From an uncultured Thermoplasmata archaeon (GTDB taxonomy: Archaea > Thermoplasmatota > Thermoplasmata > UBA10834), in the NCBI GenBank assembly GCA_963748615.1, contig CAVVJQ010000003.1:304599-368598 (forward strand): DNA of 64,000 bases, in the 5' to 3' direction. A program made the translations under genes and the position numbers. The notes under the pieces are model-generated. The model did no database searches, was not told where the DNA came from, and was given only the letters and a program-made list of their open reading frames with translations. This document shows positions 21,386 through 29,937 of the stretch, one piece after another. Every line of letters starts with the position of its first letter. Position 1 is the stretch's first letter.

Positions 21386-21967
21386 TCAAGACCTACCTCT
21401 CGATTCCCCCAGCACCAGGGCGGACGATATCAGATGGGCTATCCTGAGCGGTTCTGGGAGGGCTCCTCTCACGGTCGTCTGGCGCACCAGCTCCTCGAAC
21501 TCGGACCATTCAAGACCGACCCCGCACGCGAACAGGGGCTTGTGTTCCGTCCGTATCTGCCTCAGATCCAGCCGGGTCATCAGTCCGAGTCGGTCCTTCC
21601 AGTCGGTGAAATGCTTCTTCAGGGCAGATTCGATCTCCTTGAAATCGGGTCTGTCCCGTGTGACCGTTAGCACAGGGACCGATGTGCTCTCGTGCAACCG
21701 TCCCACATCGACCACGTTGAATCCAGCGAGCGCGATGCCGTCGATCATGACCGCTTTGATCTGGTCCTTGTATCTCGACCCGAGGATCAGCTCGATCAAT
21801 CGATCGGTGGAATCCGAGCCATCGACCTTGGCACGGGTCCTCATGACAGCTTCAAGATAGTTCGGCGTCCTTACGAGGGCTCCGACCACCAGTGAGTCGT
21901 CATCCTCGAACTTGAAAGGAGAGTCGTCTATGCCCAGTATCCTGATCTGTCGCTTCATCTCACTCAC
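21386..21967 (-). CDS. DUF99 family protein (endonuclease V-like fold)
   Basis: RILGIDDSPF, DGIALAGFNVVD, PEPLRIAHLI. Confidence 0.9.
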   Translation of the reverse strand: MSEMKRQIRILGIDDSPFKFEDDDSLVVGALVRTPNYLEAVMRTRAKVDGSDSTDRLIELILGSRYKDQIKAVMIDGIALAGFNVVDVGRLHESTSVPVLTVTRDRPDFKEIESALKKHFTDWKDRLGLMTRLDLRQIRTEHKPLFACGVGLEWSEFEELVRQTTVRGALPEPLRIAHLISSALVLGESRGRS

Positions 21968-22338
21968 GCGAGCGGAAGGGAACCTGTGATCGAATCGACA
22001 AGTCCATCCGGCCCCGGGCCGATACCCAGGCAGGTGGTCGTGTTGGAAGGCAGCTCGGTCAGACCAGCGTCTGTGATAAGACTGTGTGGAAGTCCTGCCC
22101 TTGCAGCCTTCTCGTTCAATTCGAAGAGCTCAGCCAAGGTCTTCACCCGTACGACCACTTTCTTCTGGCCCTCTTTGTACCACGAATGGAACCATCCGGA
22201 ATTCTTGGCCTTAGCCTGCAGGGAGCACGAGACAGCTGCGTGCGCCACCTGGGCAGCCAGCTTTCCCACGGACATCTTCAGGTCGTCCCGGACCACGATG
22301 ACCAGCTTGTACTCTAGATCTCCCTTTCGCACAGCCAA
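21964..22338 (-). CDS. pth2: Peptidyl-tRNA hydrolase Pth2
   Basis: KLAAQVAHA, GQKKVV, DAGLTE, TCLGIGP. Confidence 0.96.
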   Translation of the reverse strand: MAVRKGDLEYKLVIVVRDDLKMSVGKLAAQVAHAAVSCSLQAKAKNSGWFHSWYKEGQKKVVVRVKTLAELFELNEKAARAGLPHSLITDAGLTELPSNTTTCLGIGPGPDGLVDSITGSLPLA

Positions 22339-22908
22339 TCACTTCGCCTCCCGGTCCATCCGGTCGAGCGACTCGTTGACCTTCTCGATCCGAACCCTCA
22401 GCTCGTCTATCCTCCTCTGGTAGTAGAGGCTCTTGTTAGGATTTGAAGTCGACGACCGAGCGGCATATTTCTCGACCGTACGCACCAGATCGTCCCGCTC
22501 TATCAACAGCTTCTCGGCCTCTCTCTTCTTCCCCGGGAATGCGGACCTCATGCCGAAGGCCTTCTGAGGGGGAGGCGGTCGGTAGAGACTGGGATGCGCG
22601 AGTCCCATGGAGGGATACGCCCCTCTGAACCACCCACCCGCTAGGAAAATGCCGGTGAGCGACAGGAGGCTGATCCACAGCGGTACAGCGGTGACATATC
22701 CTTCCTCATCGGTACTCATGGCGTTGAGCACGAACCCCACGAAGATGGCGATCACGATACTCAGTCCCATGCCCAATGCGACCCTGTAAACGACATCGTA
22801 TTCAGGGTCGAGCTCGCCCCTCCTGGGAAAGAGCATGCATACGAGCGTGTAGCCCGGAAGGAAGAATACTATCAATATCCCCGCGAACGCCTGCAACAGA
22901 CCGCTCAT
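22339..22908 (-). CDS. DUF1616-like membrane protein with C-terminal coiled coil
   Basis: FFLPGY.L...LFP...ELD...RVAL..GLSI pattern. Confidence 0.75.
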   Translation of the reverse strand: MSGLLQAFAGILIVFFLPGYTLVCMLFPRRGELDPEYDVVYRVALGMGLSIVIAIFVGFVLNAMSTDEEGYVTAVPLWISLLSLTGIFLAGGWFRGAYPSMGLAHPSLYRPPPPQKAFGMRSAFPGKKREAEKLLIERDDLVRTVEKYAARSSTSNPNKSLYYQRRIDELRVRIEKVNESLDRMDREAK

Positions 22909-23018
22909 CTTGCTCCAGGCGAGTGCAGAAGAAGGAGCATATTTAATTGTTTTCTGGGTGGGGATGCGCCGATGGTTGTGAAACCATAATATCCACCCTC
23001 ACGTTACATCCGGTTGAA

Positions 23019-24968
23019 ATGTTCGAACTGAAGCACAGGGATGGGCTCGCCCGGGTATGCGAGCTCACCACTAAGCACGGCAAGGTGACCACCCCCGCAC
23101 TGCTACCGGTGGTGAACCCGAACCAGTTGACCATCAAACCCGTAGATATGAGGGAGAGGTTCGGGGCCGAGATACTGATAACCAATTCATACATCATCAA
23201 TAAGGATCCCAACCTGAGGGAGCGCGCATTGAAGGAAGGACTGCATAAGCTCCTTGGATTCGATGGGTCCATCATGACCGACAGCGGGACCTTCCAGAGC
23301 TACGTCTACGGAGATGTCGATGTCGGCCATCGGGAGATCGTGGAGTTCCAATCGGCGATAGGTTCGGACATCGGGACGATACTGGATGTCTTCTCAGAGC
23401 CGACATTCTCGAGGGAGCAGACGGAAGATGCGGTCAATGTGACCCTCAGCCGGGCAGAGGACTCTGTCTCCTTGAAGGGGAACATGCTCTTGGCGGGCCC
23501 GGTGCAGGGAGGGACATACCAGGACCTGAGAGAGGAGTGCGCTAAGAAGCTGTCCGCAATGGACTTCGATGTGCACCCGATCGGAGGCGTGGTCCCGTTA
23601 TTGGAGAACTACAGGTACACCGATATCGTTGAGATCATAATCGCATCGAAGAAGGGGCTCAACCCATCCAGACCGGTCCACCTGTTCGGTGCTGGACATC
23701 CGATGATCTTCCCGCTCGCAGCGCTTCTAGGCTGCGACATGTTCGATTCTGCGTCCTATGCGAAGTACGCGAGGGAGGAGCGGATGATGTACCCTACGGG
23801 AACGCGGTTCCTGAGGGAGATGCACGACCTCGCATGCGATTGTCCGGTCTGCTCCAAGACATCCATAAAGGAACTGACCCAGATGCCGATGGAAGAGCGT
23901 ACGAAGAAGCTCGCGGAGCACAACCTATCCGTCAGTCTGAGTGAGATCAAGAAGGTCAGGAACGCGATCCATGATGGAGCCATATGGGAGATGGTCGAGA
24001 TGCGTGCGAGAGCCCATCCATCACTCCTGTCAGCCCTCAAGATACTCAAGAAGCATTCGAAGTACCTCGAAGTATTCGAGCCGACCAGCAGGAGGGGGGC
24101 GTTCTTCTACTGCGGACCAGAGAGCTACGACAGACCTGTGGTAGAGAGATACAGGGAGAGGTTCTTCACTCGATACAGGAAGCCTGATGCAAAGGTGCTC
24201 GTCGGGTTCGAAGAGTCTGGGAAACCATATGGCAGGAACTACGCGAACGAGATCGCTAGCATCTCCGCGAAGGCAGATGCGAATTTCATTGTCGCATCGT
24301 TCTTCGGTCCTGCGCCCATAGAGCTGGACGAGTTCTATCCCATCGCACAATCCGTGGTCCCAGACGACCTCGATCAGGAGGTGAGGGAGAAGATGAGAAA
24401 CACGATGGAGAGGCACGCTCACCAACACGGCTATCCTCTGGCAGTCATGTGGGACGGACAGGAGACCCTGGACTTCCTAGAGGAGATCGCCCCTGGAAAG
24501 GGGGGCTTCGACTTGGACCTGCTCCGTGTCAAGGCGGTGCTGGACATGCAATTCGGCAGAGGAGCCTCAGATATCCTATGCGGCAAGAAGGTCGAGTTCG
24601 TCAAATCCAAGAACACTGGCAAGATCCGGAACGTCATCATAGATGGCATCCACGCATTCTCCATGAGGGCACATGACGGAAGGCTCACGCCCAAGATGGA
24701 GGGGGCGAAGATGCTGATGGATATACTCCCACCTCCTGCGATGAGGGTGGTCGTGGAGGATGAGCCTGCGACTTTCGCGGAGAAAGGGAACAACGTCTTC
24801 GCAAAATTCGTCGTGGACTGTGACCCGGACATAAGGATCAAGGATTCCGTCTTCGTCGTTAACACGAAGGACGAATTGGCCGCGGTCGGCAGAGCGCTCA
24901 TGGTAAGAGACGAGATGCTGGCATTCAAGAGAGGCATCGCAGTCCGCGTGAAGGAATCCGTCGACTAA
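23019..24968 (+). CDS. tgtA: Archaeosine tRNA-guanine(15) transglycosylase with PUA domain
   Basis: MTDSGTFQ, HLFGAGHP, DMFDSASY, Zn site CDCPVC...HNL, C-terminal PUA. Confidence 0.96.
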   Translation: MFELKHRDGLARVCELTTKHGKVTTPALLPVVNPNQLTIKPVDMRERFGAEILITNSYIINKDPNLRERALKEGLHKLLGFDGSIMTDSGTFQSYVYGDVDVGHREIVEFQSAIGSDIGTILDVFSEPTFSREQTEDAVNVTLSRAEDSVSLKGNMLLAGPVQGGTYQDLREECAKKLSAMDFDVHPIGGVVPLLENYRYTDIVEIIIASKKGLNPSRPVHLFGAGHPMIFPLAALLGCDMFDSASYAKYAREERMMYPTGTRFLREMHDLACDCPVCSKTSIKELTQMPMEERTKKLAEHNLSVSLSEIKKVRNAIHDGAIWEMVEMRARAHPSLLSALKILKKHSKYLEVFEPTSRRGAFFYCGPESYDRPVVERYRERFFTRYRKPDAKVLVGFEESGKPYGRNYANEIASISAKADANFIVASFFGPAPIELDEFYPIAQSVVPDDLDQEVREKMRNTMERHAHQHGYPLAVMWDGQETLDFLEEIAPGKGGFDLDLLRVKAVLDMQFGRGASDILCGKKVEFVKSKNTGKIRNVIIDGIHAFSMRAHDGRLTPKMEGAKMLMDILPPPAMRVVVEDEPATFAEKGNNVFAKFVVDCDPDIRIKDSVFVVNTKDELAAVGRALMVRDEMLAFKRGIAVRVKESVD

Positions 24969-25225
24969 TGCTTCCGTGACACTATCTTCTCGGCGACGCT
25001 TATGCACGACATGAAATCATCGAGCGTATGCAGGGCGCTCTTCAGCGACCCCGCGGTTATCTTGGCTCTTATGACCTCACCGCAGACCTCGGACTCGAGA
25101 TAGCCTTCGTTGTCCTGCTCGACCGACTTGTGGACCTTGACCGCCTCGCTCTCGGACCTGAACCTCAGTTCGAGCGTGCATATGACCTGGGGGCATTCAT
25201 CCTGGTCGACCATGTGTTCAATCAT
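24965..25225 (-). CDS. pcc1: KEOPS complex subunit Pcc1
   Basis: Small protein with SVEQDN and SALHTLDDFMSCISVAE pattern; start uncertain (25225 or 25213). Confidence 0.8.
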   Translation of the reverse strand: MIEHMVDQDECPQVICTLELRFRSESEAVKVHKSVEQDNEGYLESEVCGEVIRAKITAGSLKSALHTLDDFMSCISVAEKIVSRKH

Positions 25226-25283
25226 CCACGGCCGACAAAGTACTTAGAAGTTGTCGGTGATGACTTATGGTTAGGGTGACCAC

Positions 25284-25802
25284 GTGGATGTTGTCGAGTG
25301 CATCGAAGGGAGGAGGAGCATAAGAGAGTTCGGACCGGACCCGGTTGATGAAAGCACCATCATTGAGGGGCTGAGACTGGCCAACCAAGCTCCTTCCGCG
25401 GGCAATCTACAGGCACGGGACTTCATCATCGTAAAAGACTCGAAAACAAAGAAGAGGCTGATGGAGGCGTCGCACGGGCAGGAATATGTTTGGAAGGCGC
25501 CGGTAGTCGTCGTGTTCTGCGCCAATCTCGAAAGGATAGCGCATTACGGCCAGAGAGGTCGCGAACTGTATTGTCTGCAGGATGTCGCTGCAGCTGTGGA
25601 GAACTTATCATTGTACCTTCACAGCAAAGGACTGGGAAGCGTCTGGGTAGGAGCGTTCGATGAAGATGCGGTGTCATCGGTGCTCGGTCTGCCAACCCAT
25701 GCGAGACCTGTTGCGATGATGCCAATCGGATACCCCGTGGACAAAGGCATCATGAGAAAACGGCTCTCACTCGAGGAGATCGTGCACAGAGAGAGATGGT
25801 GA
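25284..25802 (+). CDS. Nitroreductase family protein
   Basis: RRSIREF, APSAGNLQ, GLGSVWVGAF, PIGYP. Confidence 0.93.
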   Translation: MDVVECIEGRRSIREFGPDPVDESTIIEGLRLANQAPSAGNLQARDFIIVKDSKTKKRLMEASHGQEYVWKAPVVVVFCANLERIAHYGQRGRELYCLQDVAAAVENLSLYLHSKGLGSVWVGAFDEDAVSSVLGLPTHARPVAMMPIGYPVDKGIMRKRLSLEEIVHRERW

Positions 25803-26041
25803 CCGCAGTGGATTGGAAGGTAGATAGGACGATGGCCGCATGGGGGATCGCATTCGGGATCCTCGCCATACTCACGGGAGCGTTCCTGTTGAGTGCGGTG
25901 GAAGGCGGTTTCATCGCAGAGGGATTCTTCCTCATAGTCATCTCATGGGTCATCGTCCTGGTTGCGGTGGCGAAGTTTTTCCAGGTGGTCGGAAGATGGT
26001 CCAAGGGGGAAGGCCTGAGGAGGAAGAAGGAGGAGTGGTAG
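25796..26041 (+). CDS. Small hypothetical membrane protein (2 TM)
   Basis: Two hydrophobic helices and a charged tail; overlaps the nitroreductase stop region. Confidence 0.6.
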   Translation: MVTAVDWKVDRTMAAWGIAFGILAILTGAFLLSAVEGGFIAEGFFLIVISWVIVLVAVAKFFQVVGRWSKGEGLRRKKEEW

Positions 26042-26111
26042 CCCCGGGAGGATTCGAACCTCCGTCGCAGGCTCCAAAGGCCCGCATGATTGACCACTAC
26101 ACTACGGGGCT
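26036..26111 (-). tRNA. tRNA-Gln (TTG), CCA encoded
   Basis: AGCCCCG/CGGGGCT acceptor stem, loop CT-TTG-GA, T loop TTCGAAT, ends ACCA. Confidence 0.97.
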
Positions 26112-26181
26112 GTTGCGTTCCGTGCGGCTACATTGCAGCCTTTCCATATTAACCGTTTCCAAAGAACTTGAAAGCCGGCTC

Positions 26182-27069
26182 TCACTTTCTCGAGATTATT
26201 ATGACGCCGACGGCGGTCAACGCGCCACCCATGCCAGATACCCATCCTATCGTTTCACCGAGCAACATCCAAGCGAAGACGATCGTCACGATCGGCATGA
26301 AGTACATGGAAGCTCCAGTGACGGACGCGGCCAATCCTGTCAGCGCCCTGAACCAGAGCACATACCCGATCACAGTGCACAGTACTCCGACATAGAGCGC
26401 AGCCACGAAGAAGCTGAGGGGGAATGCCTGGACCGTGAGCACGGCATCTGTTACGGCGAACGGCACCATCATGATCGTGCCGATTATCGTGATATAGGCA
26501 GTGCTTGCGATGGGATCGTACTTCTTCACGATCTTCTTGCCCTCGACCGTGTAAACCGCCCAGAAGAAAGCGCATATGACCTGCAGCAACCCGCCGACGA
26601 TCACCTGCCATTCGGATATGAAGGATATGGACCCGTTGGTGATGACCAACACGGAGCCGCATGCGGCGATGGCGAGTCCGATCTTCTCTTCGCCGGAAAT
26701 CTTCTCGCCCAGACGTCGAGCGGAAAGCACGAAGATCATCACAGGGCATAACAGAAACACCAGGATGGATGATATCGAGGCACCTGCGAGACCGATGCCG
26801 ATGTACTGCAGTATGAAGTATATGCCGACGCCAATGAACGCCAGCATCAGGAAGCTCCTCCGATCCTCCCTGTCAACACCGCTCGGACGTCTCATGAGAA
26901 GATATGCCCCGAAGATAAGGGATGCCACAACGAACCTGGCCATCGAGAGCATTACAGGCGAAGAACCATCCTTGATGGCGACATCGACGAATACGAAGGC
27001 GCTACCCCAGATGATGGCCGTCACTGCCAGAAGGATGAACAGGAAGGTCTTTCGCTGCATCGTCGTCAC
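26182..27069 (-). CDS. DMT/EamA family transporter
   Basis: IIWGSAF, RLGEKI, LLGETIG; two EamA repeats, about 10 TM. Confidence 0.92.
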   Translation of the reverse strand: MTTMQRKTFLFILLAVTAIIWGSAFVFVDVAIKDGSSPVMLSMARFVVASLIFGAYLLMRRPSGVDREDRRSFLMLAFIGVGIYFILQYIGIGLAGASISSILVFLLCPVMIFVLSARRLGEKISGEEKIGLAIAACGSVLVITNGSISFISEWQVIVGGLLQVICAFFWAVYTVEGKKIVKKYDPIASTAYITIIGTIMMVPFAVTDAVLTVQAFPLSFFVAALYVGVLCTVIGYVLWFRALTGLAASVTGASMYFMPIVTIVFAWMLLGETIGWVSGMGGALTAVGVIIISRK

Positions 27070-27236
27070 TCCCTCGGTTCCGCGGTGTTGATGGTGAAGC
27101 CATACACCACTAGGTACGCTTTCATCTGATTCCTTGCATCATTATCCAGTATTATTCACTTTCCACAGTGATTGGGTGTGATTCCGATGAAGATAGCTTC
27201 ATATGCAACAAAGCCGCTCGTTATATTCTGATAATC

Positions 27237-27452
27237 ATGTCGTCCACCAAGGATGCGAAGAAGTACTCATCGGAGATGAACAATTACCGAGCATCCACGA
27301 AGAAGTTGGCAAAGGCCGCCAAGCTCAGGGCGAAATCAGCTAGGCTCAGGGAGCAGGTGGCCCGTTACGATGCCAAGATAAGGAATCTACAGAAGAAGAT
27401 CTCCGAGCTCGAGAGAAGGGCGAATCAGATAGCTGGCCCACCCGGAAAGTGA
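27237..27452 (+). CDS. Small basic coiled-coil hypothetical protein
   Basis: 71 aa, Lys/Arg/Ala-rich heptad-like pattern. Confidence 0.6.
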   Translation: MSSTKDAKKYSSEMNNYRASTKKLAKAAKLRAKSARLREQVARYDAKIRNLQKKISELERRANQIAGPPGK

Positions 27453-27595
27453 CCGATCCCATATCAGCAACATATATATACGATGAAATAGATATTGTCA
27501 GACAATCGTCATACACGGGATGGGATGTTGAATTGAAGAGGAAGCTCGCTGTGCCCCTCGCGATCCAGAAAATCGAGGCCCACAACGGAAACACG

Positions 27596-27862
27596 ATGTC
27601 TAGAACCAGGACACTGAGAATGCCTCAAGATGACCCGAAAGGTTTCGATATCCTCTCGAAGCTGGCGGAGAACCGCATGAGGATAAACCAACTGCACACG
27701 GAGATCGATCTACTGCCAGGGAAGGTCGATTGCCTGGATGTGATAAACGAGCTGGACTACCTCAAGGCGAACATAGAACTCAGCCTCTTGGAGATAGGGG
27801 CAGGCATAGAAGCTACACCGAGTTCAGAAGAGATCCTGTTCCAAGAAGCAGCCTTCGCCTGA
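27596..27862 (+). CDS. Small acidic helical hypothetical protein
   Basis: Open frame; start uncertain (27449/27596); resembles 29479..29808. Confidence 0.55.
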   Translation: MSRTRTLRMPQDDPKGFDILSKLAENRMRINQLHTEIDLLPGKVDCLDVINELDYLKANIELSLLEIGAGIEATPSSEEILFQEAAFA

Positions 27863-27984
27863 GAATTCGGATGTAGGCCGCTTTAGAAACCCCTTCTTGA
27901 CATCATTCTGAGTCGATTTGATGATTTTCGAGCGCACCATTTAAGTGTGATTCCGACACTCCTGGCCCAAGGAGTCGAGCGCGG

Positions 27985-28950
27985 ATGAATGCAATCAAAC
28001 CAGCTAAATTGACAGAGGGCGCGACCATCGGCATAGTGTCTCCATCGGGCTTCTCAGAACCGTTCGGCCTCGGACAAGCCATCAACTATCTGAAGAGCCT
28101 CGACTACAAGGTCGTGCTCGGGGAGTGCACCAAGAACATCACGCGAAGGGGCTTCAGCTCTGGAAGGGATGAGCAGAGGGCGGATGAGCTTGTCAGCATG
28201 TTCGCGAACGAGGATGTGGATGCGATATTCGCCTCGCGAGGTGGCTATGGCGCGATGCGCATCCTCGACCTGATAGATTTCGATATCATCAAGAGCAACC
28301 CCAAAATATTCCTCGGATACAGCGACATCACTACGCTGCACATAGCAATCCATCAACGCACGGGCCTCGTCACATTCCATGGCCCTTCAATCGAGGGATA
28401 TGCCGGGGACAACCCGGAGAAGGACCCAGCGACAGGAAAGGAGAACATCGATCGAGCATTGGGATTACTCTCTCGCGCGGAGCCTTGGGGGAGGATAGAT
28501 AATCCTCCGAACGGAATGTTGTTGAGGACCGTCGTTCCCGGGAAGGCCAGCGGCAAGATAGTGGGAGGCAACCTCTCGATGATCGTGCATACACTGGGAA
28601 CGGAAGACTCGATCGATACTAACGAGAAGATACTCTTCCTCGAAGATGTCTACGTCTCAGAATATGATATAGATAGGCTGCTGGTGCACATGCACCTTGC
28701 CAGAAAACTCCAGGATACCGCAGGGATCATCTTCGGCCAGATATCCAGCTTCCATAAGAGGGATCTGCCTGGACCGAGCTTGGAGGAAGTCATACAGGAT
28801 ACGATCGGTCGCCTCGATGGCATCCCATCATACTCTGGTCTTTGCTGTGGTCATGGAACCATGAAGGTCGTTATTCCCGAAGGCGTGAGAGCTTCGATGG
28901 ATGCGACCGACCCATCCTTGGTCATCGAAGAGAGTCCGCTCAAGGAGTGA
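27985..28950 (+). CDS. S66 family peptidase (LD-carboxypeptidase / MccF-like)
   Basis: RGGYG, catalytic Ser GYSDIT, GGNLS, Glu in FLEDV, His in CGHG. Confidence 0.93.
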   Translation: MNAIKPAKLTEGATIGIVSPSGFSEPFGLGQAINYLKSLDYKVVLGECTKNITRRGFSSGRDEQRADELVSMFANEDVDAIFASRGGYGAMRILDLIDFDIIKSNPKIFLGYSDITTLHIAIHQRTGLVTFHGPSIEGYAGDNPEKDPATGKENIDRALGLLSRAEPWGRIDNPPNGMLLRTVVPGKASGKIVGGNLSMIVHTLGTEDSIDTNEKILFLEDVYVSEYDIDRLLVHMHLARKLQDTAGIIFGQISSFHKRDLPGPSLEEVIQDTIGRLDGIPSYSGLCCGHGTMKVVIPEGVRASMDATDPSLVIEESPLKE

Positions 28951-28955
28951 TAGCC

Positions 28956-29381
28956 ATGAGATCCTCTAAGGAGGGGGTCGACCACGCAGTGGACTGTTGG
29001 AACAGAGGATGCAACTGCGCAGAATCAACCCTCAGTGGAGTCTGTCATGCACTTGATATAGAGCTCAGCGTGCAGTGCCTCAGAATGGCCACGCCGTTCG
29101 GAGGAGGGATAGGACGTTCAGAAGATATCTGCGGCGCGATGACTGGTGCGCTGCTAGCGATAGGTGCTGCGCGTGGAAGATCCGATCCCAAAGATGATAA
29201 GTCGAGGAGCTACGGACCCGCTGGAGAGTTCTATAAGAGATTCGTCGAGGAGTTCGAATCATCCAAATGCAGGGAGCTCAACAATAGCGACTTCACGACC
29301 CCGAATCACAGAGATAGATGCACGAAATACGTCATTGGAGCGACACGATTGGCAATCAACATACTCGGAAATGAACGATGA
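28956..29381 (+). CDS. C_GCAxxG_C_C family putative redox protein
   Basis: NCAES, FGGGIG...ICGAMTG, C.EL, RC..YV. Confidence 0.9.
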   Translation: MRSSKEGVDHAVDCWNRGCNCAESTLSGVCHALDIELSVQCLRMATPFGGGIGRSEDICGAMTGALLAIGAARGRSDPKDDKSRSYGPAGEFYKRFVEEFESSKCRELNNSDFTTPNHRDRCTKYVIGATRLAINILGNER

Positions 29382-29478
29382 TAGACCTTTCGAACAATGT
29401 ACCTGTGCCAGACGGATTTCAGAAAACGTATAAATATTGACCCATATATACATCAACAGCTCCGGGATGGGATGGTAG

Positions 29479-29808
29479 TTGGAGTCTATATCGAAACTTG
29501 ACGAGCCGATTGTGGACAGACATACGGAAGTTCTAGGACACCCAGCGAAGAGACGCAAGAATACTCTGGGACCATCGTTCTTCACCCTCAGCGGAGGGAT
29601 TCTCAGACGCGAACATAGGACATCCAACAGGATAGATTCGATGCTATCCATGATGATCGAGACGTCCCAGGAAGAGAGCGCCTCCCCCCATGTGGACAAG
29701 AACCTGGACTACCTCCACACAAGCCTGCAGCTGGACATGATCTCCATGGTGGCGCTCGATTTCAGCCCGCTCGATGATGAGGACATAATCGACAGAGAAG
29801 GGATCTGA
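29479..29808 (+). CDS. Small acidic hypothetical protein
   Basis: Open frame followed by a T-tract; shares an LDYL helix pattern with 27596..27862; start uncertain. Confidence 0.5.
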   Translation: MESISKLDEPIVDRHTEVLGHPAKRRKNTLGPSFFTLSGGILRREHRTSNRIDSMLSMMIETSQEESASPHVDKNLDYLHTSLQLDMISMVALDFSPLDDEDIIDREGI

Positions 29809-29937
29809 AGCTCTTTTTTCCCCCACCCCCATGATTTGCCTTGCATGTTCTTTTCGATGAGCGGGAGCTCCGCCTAGAAACAAGAAAAATGAAAACCATT
29901 GAAAAGGTTTCTGGGAAATGGTTTCGACCTTCGTCCT

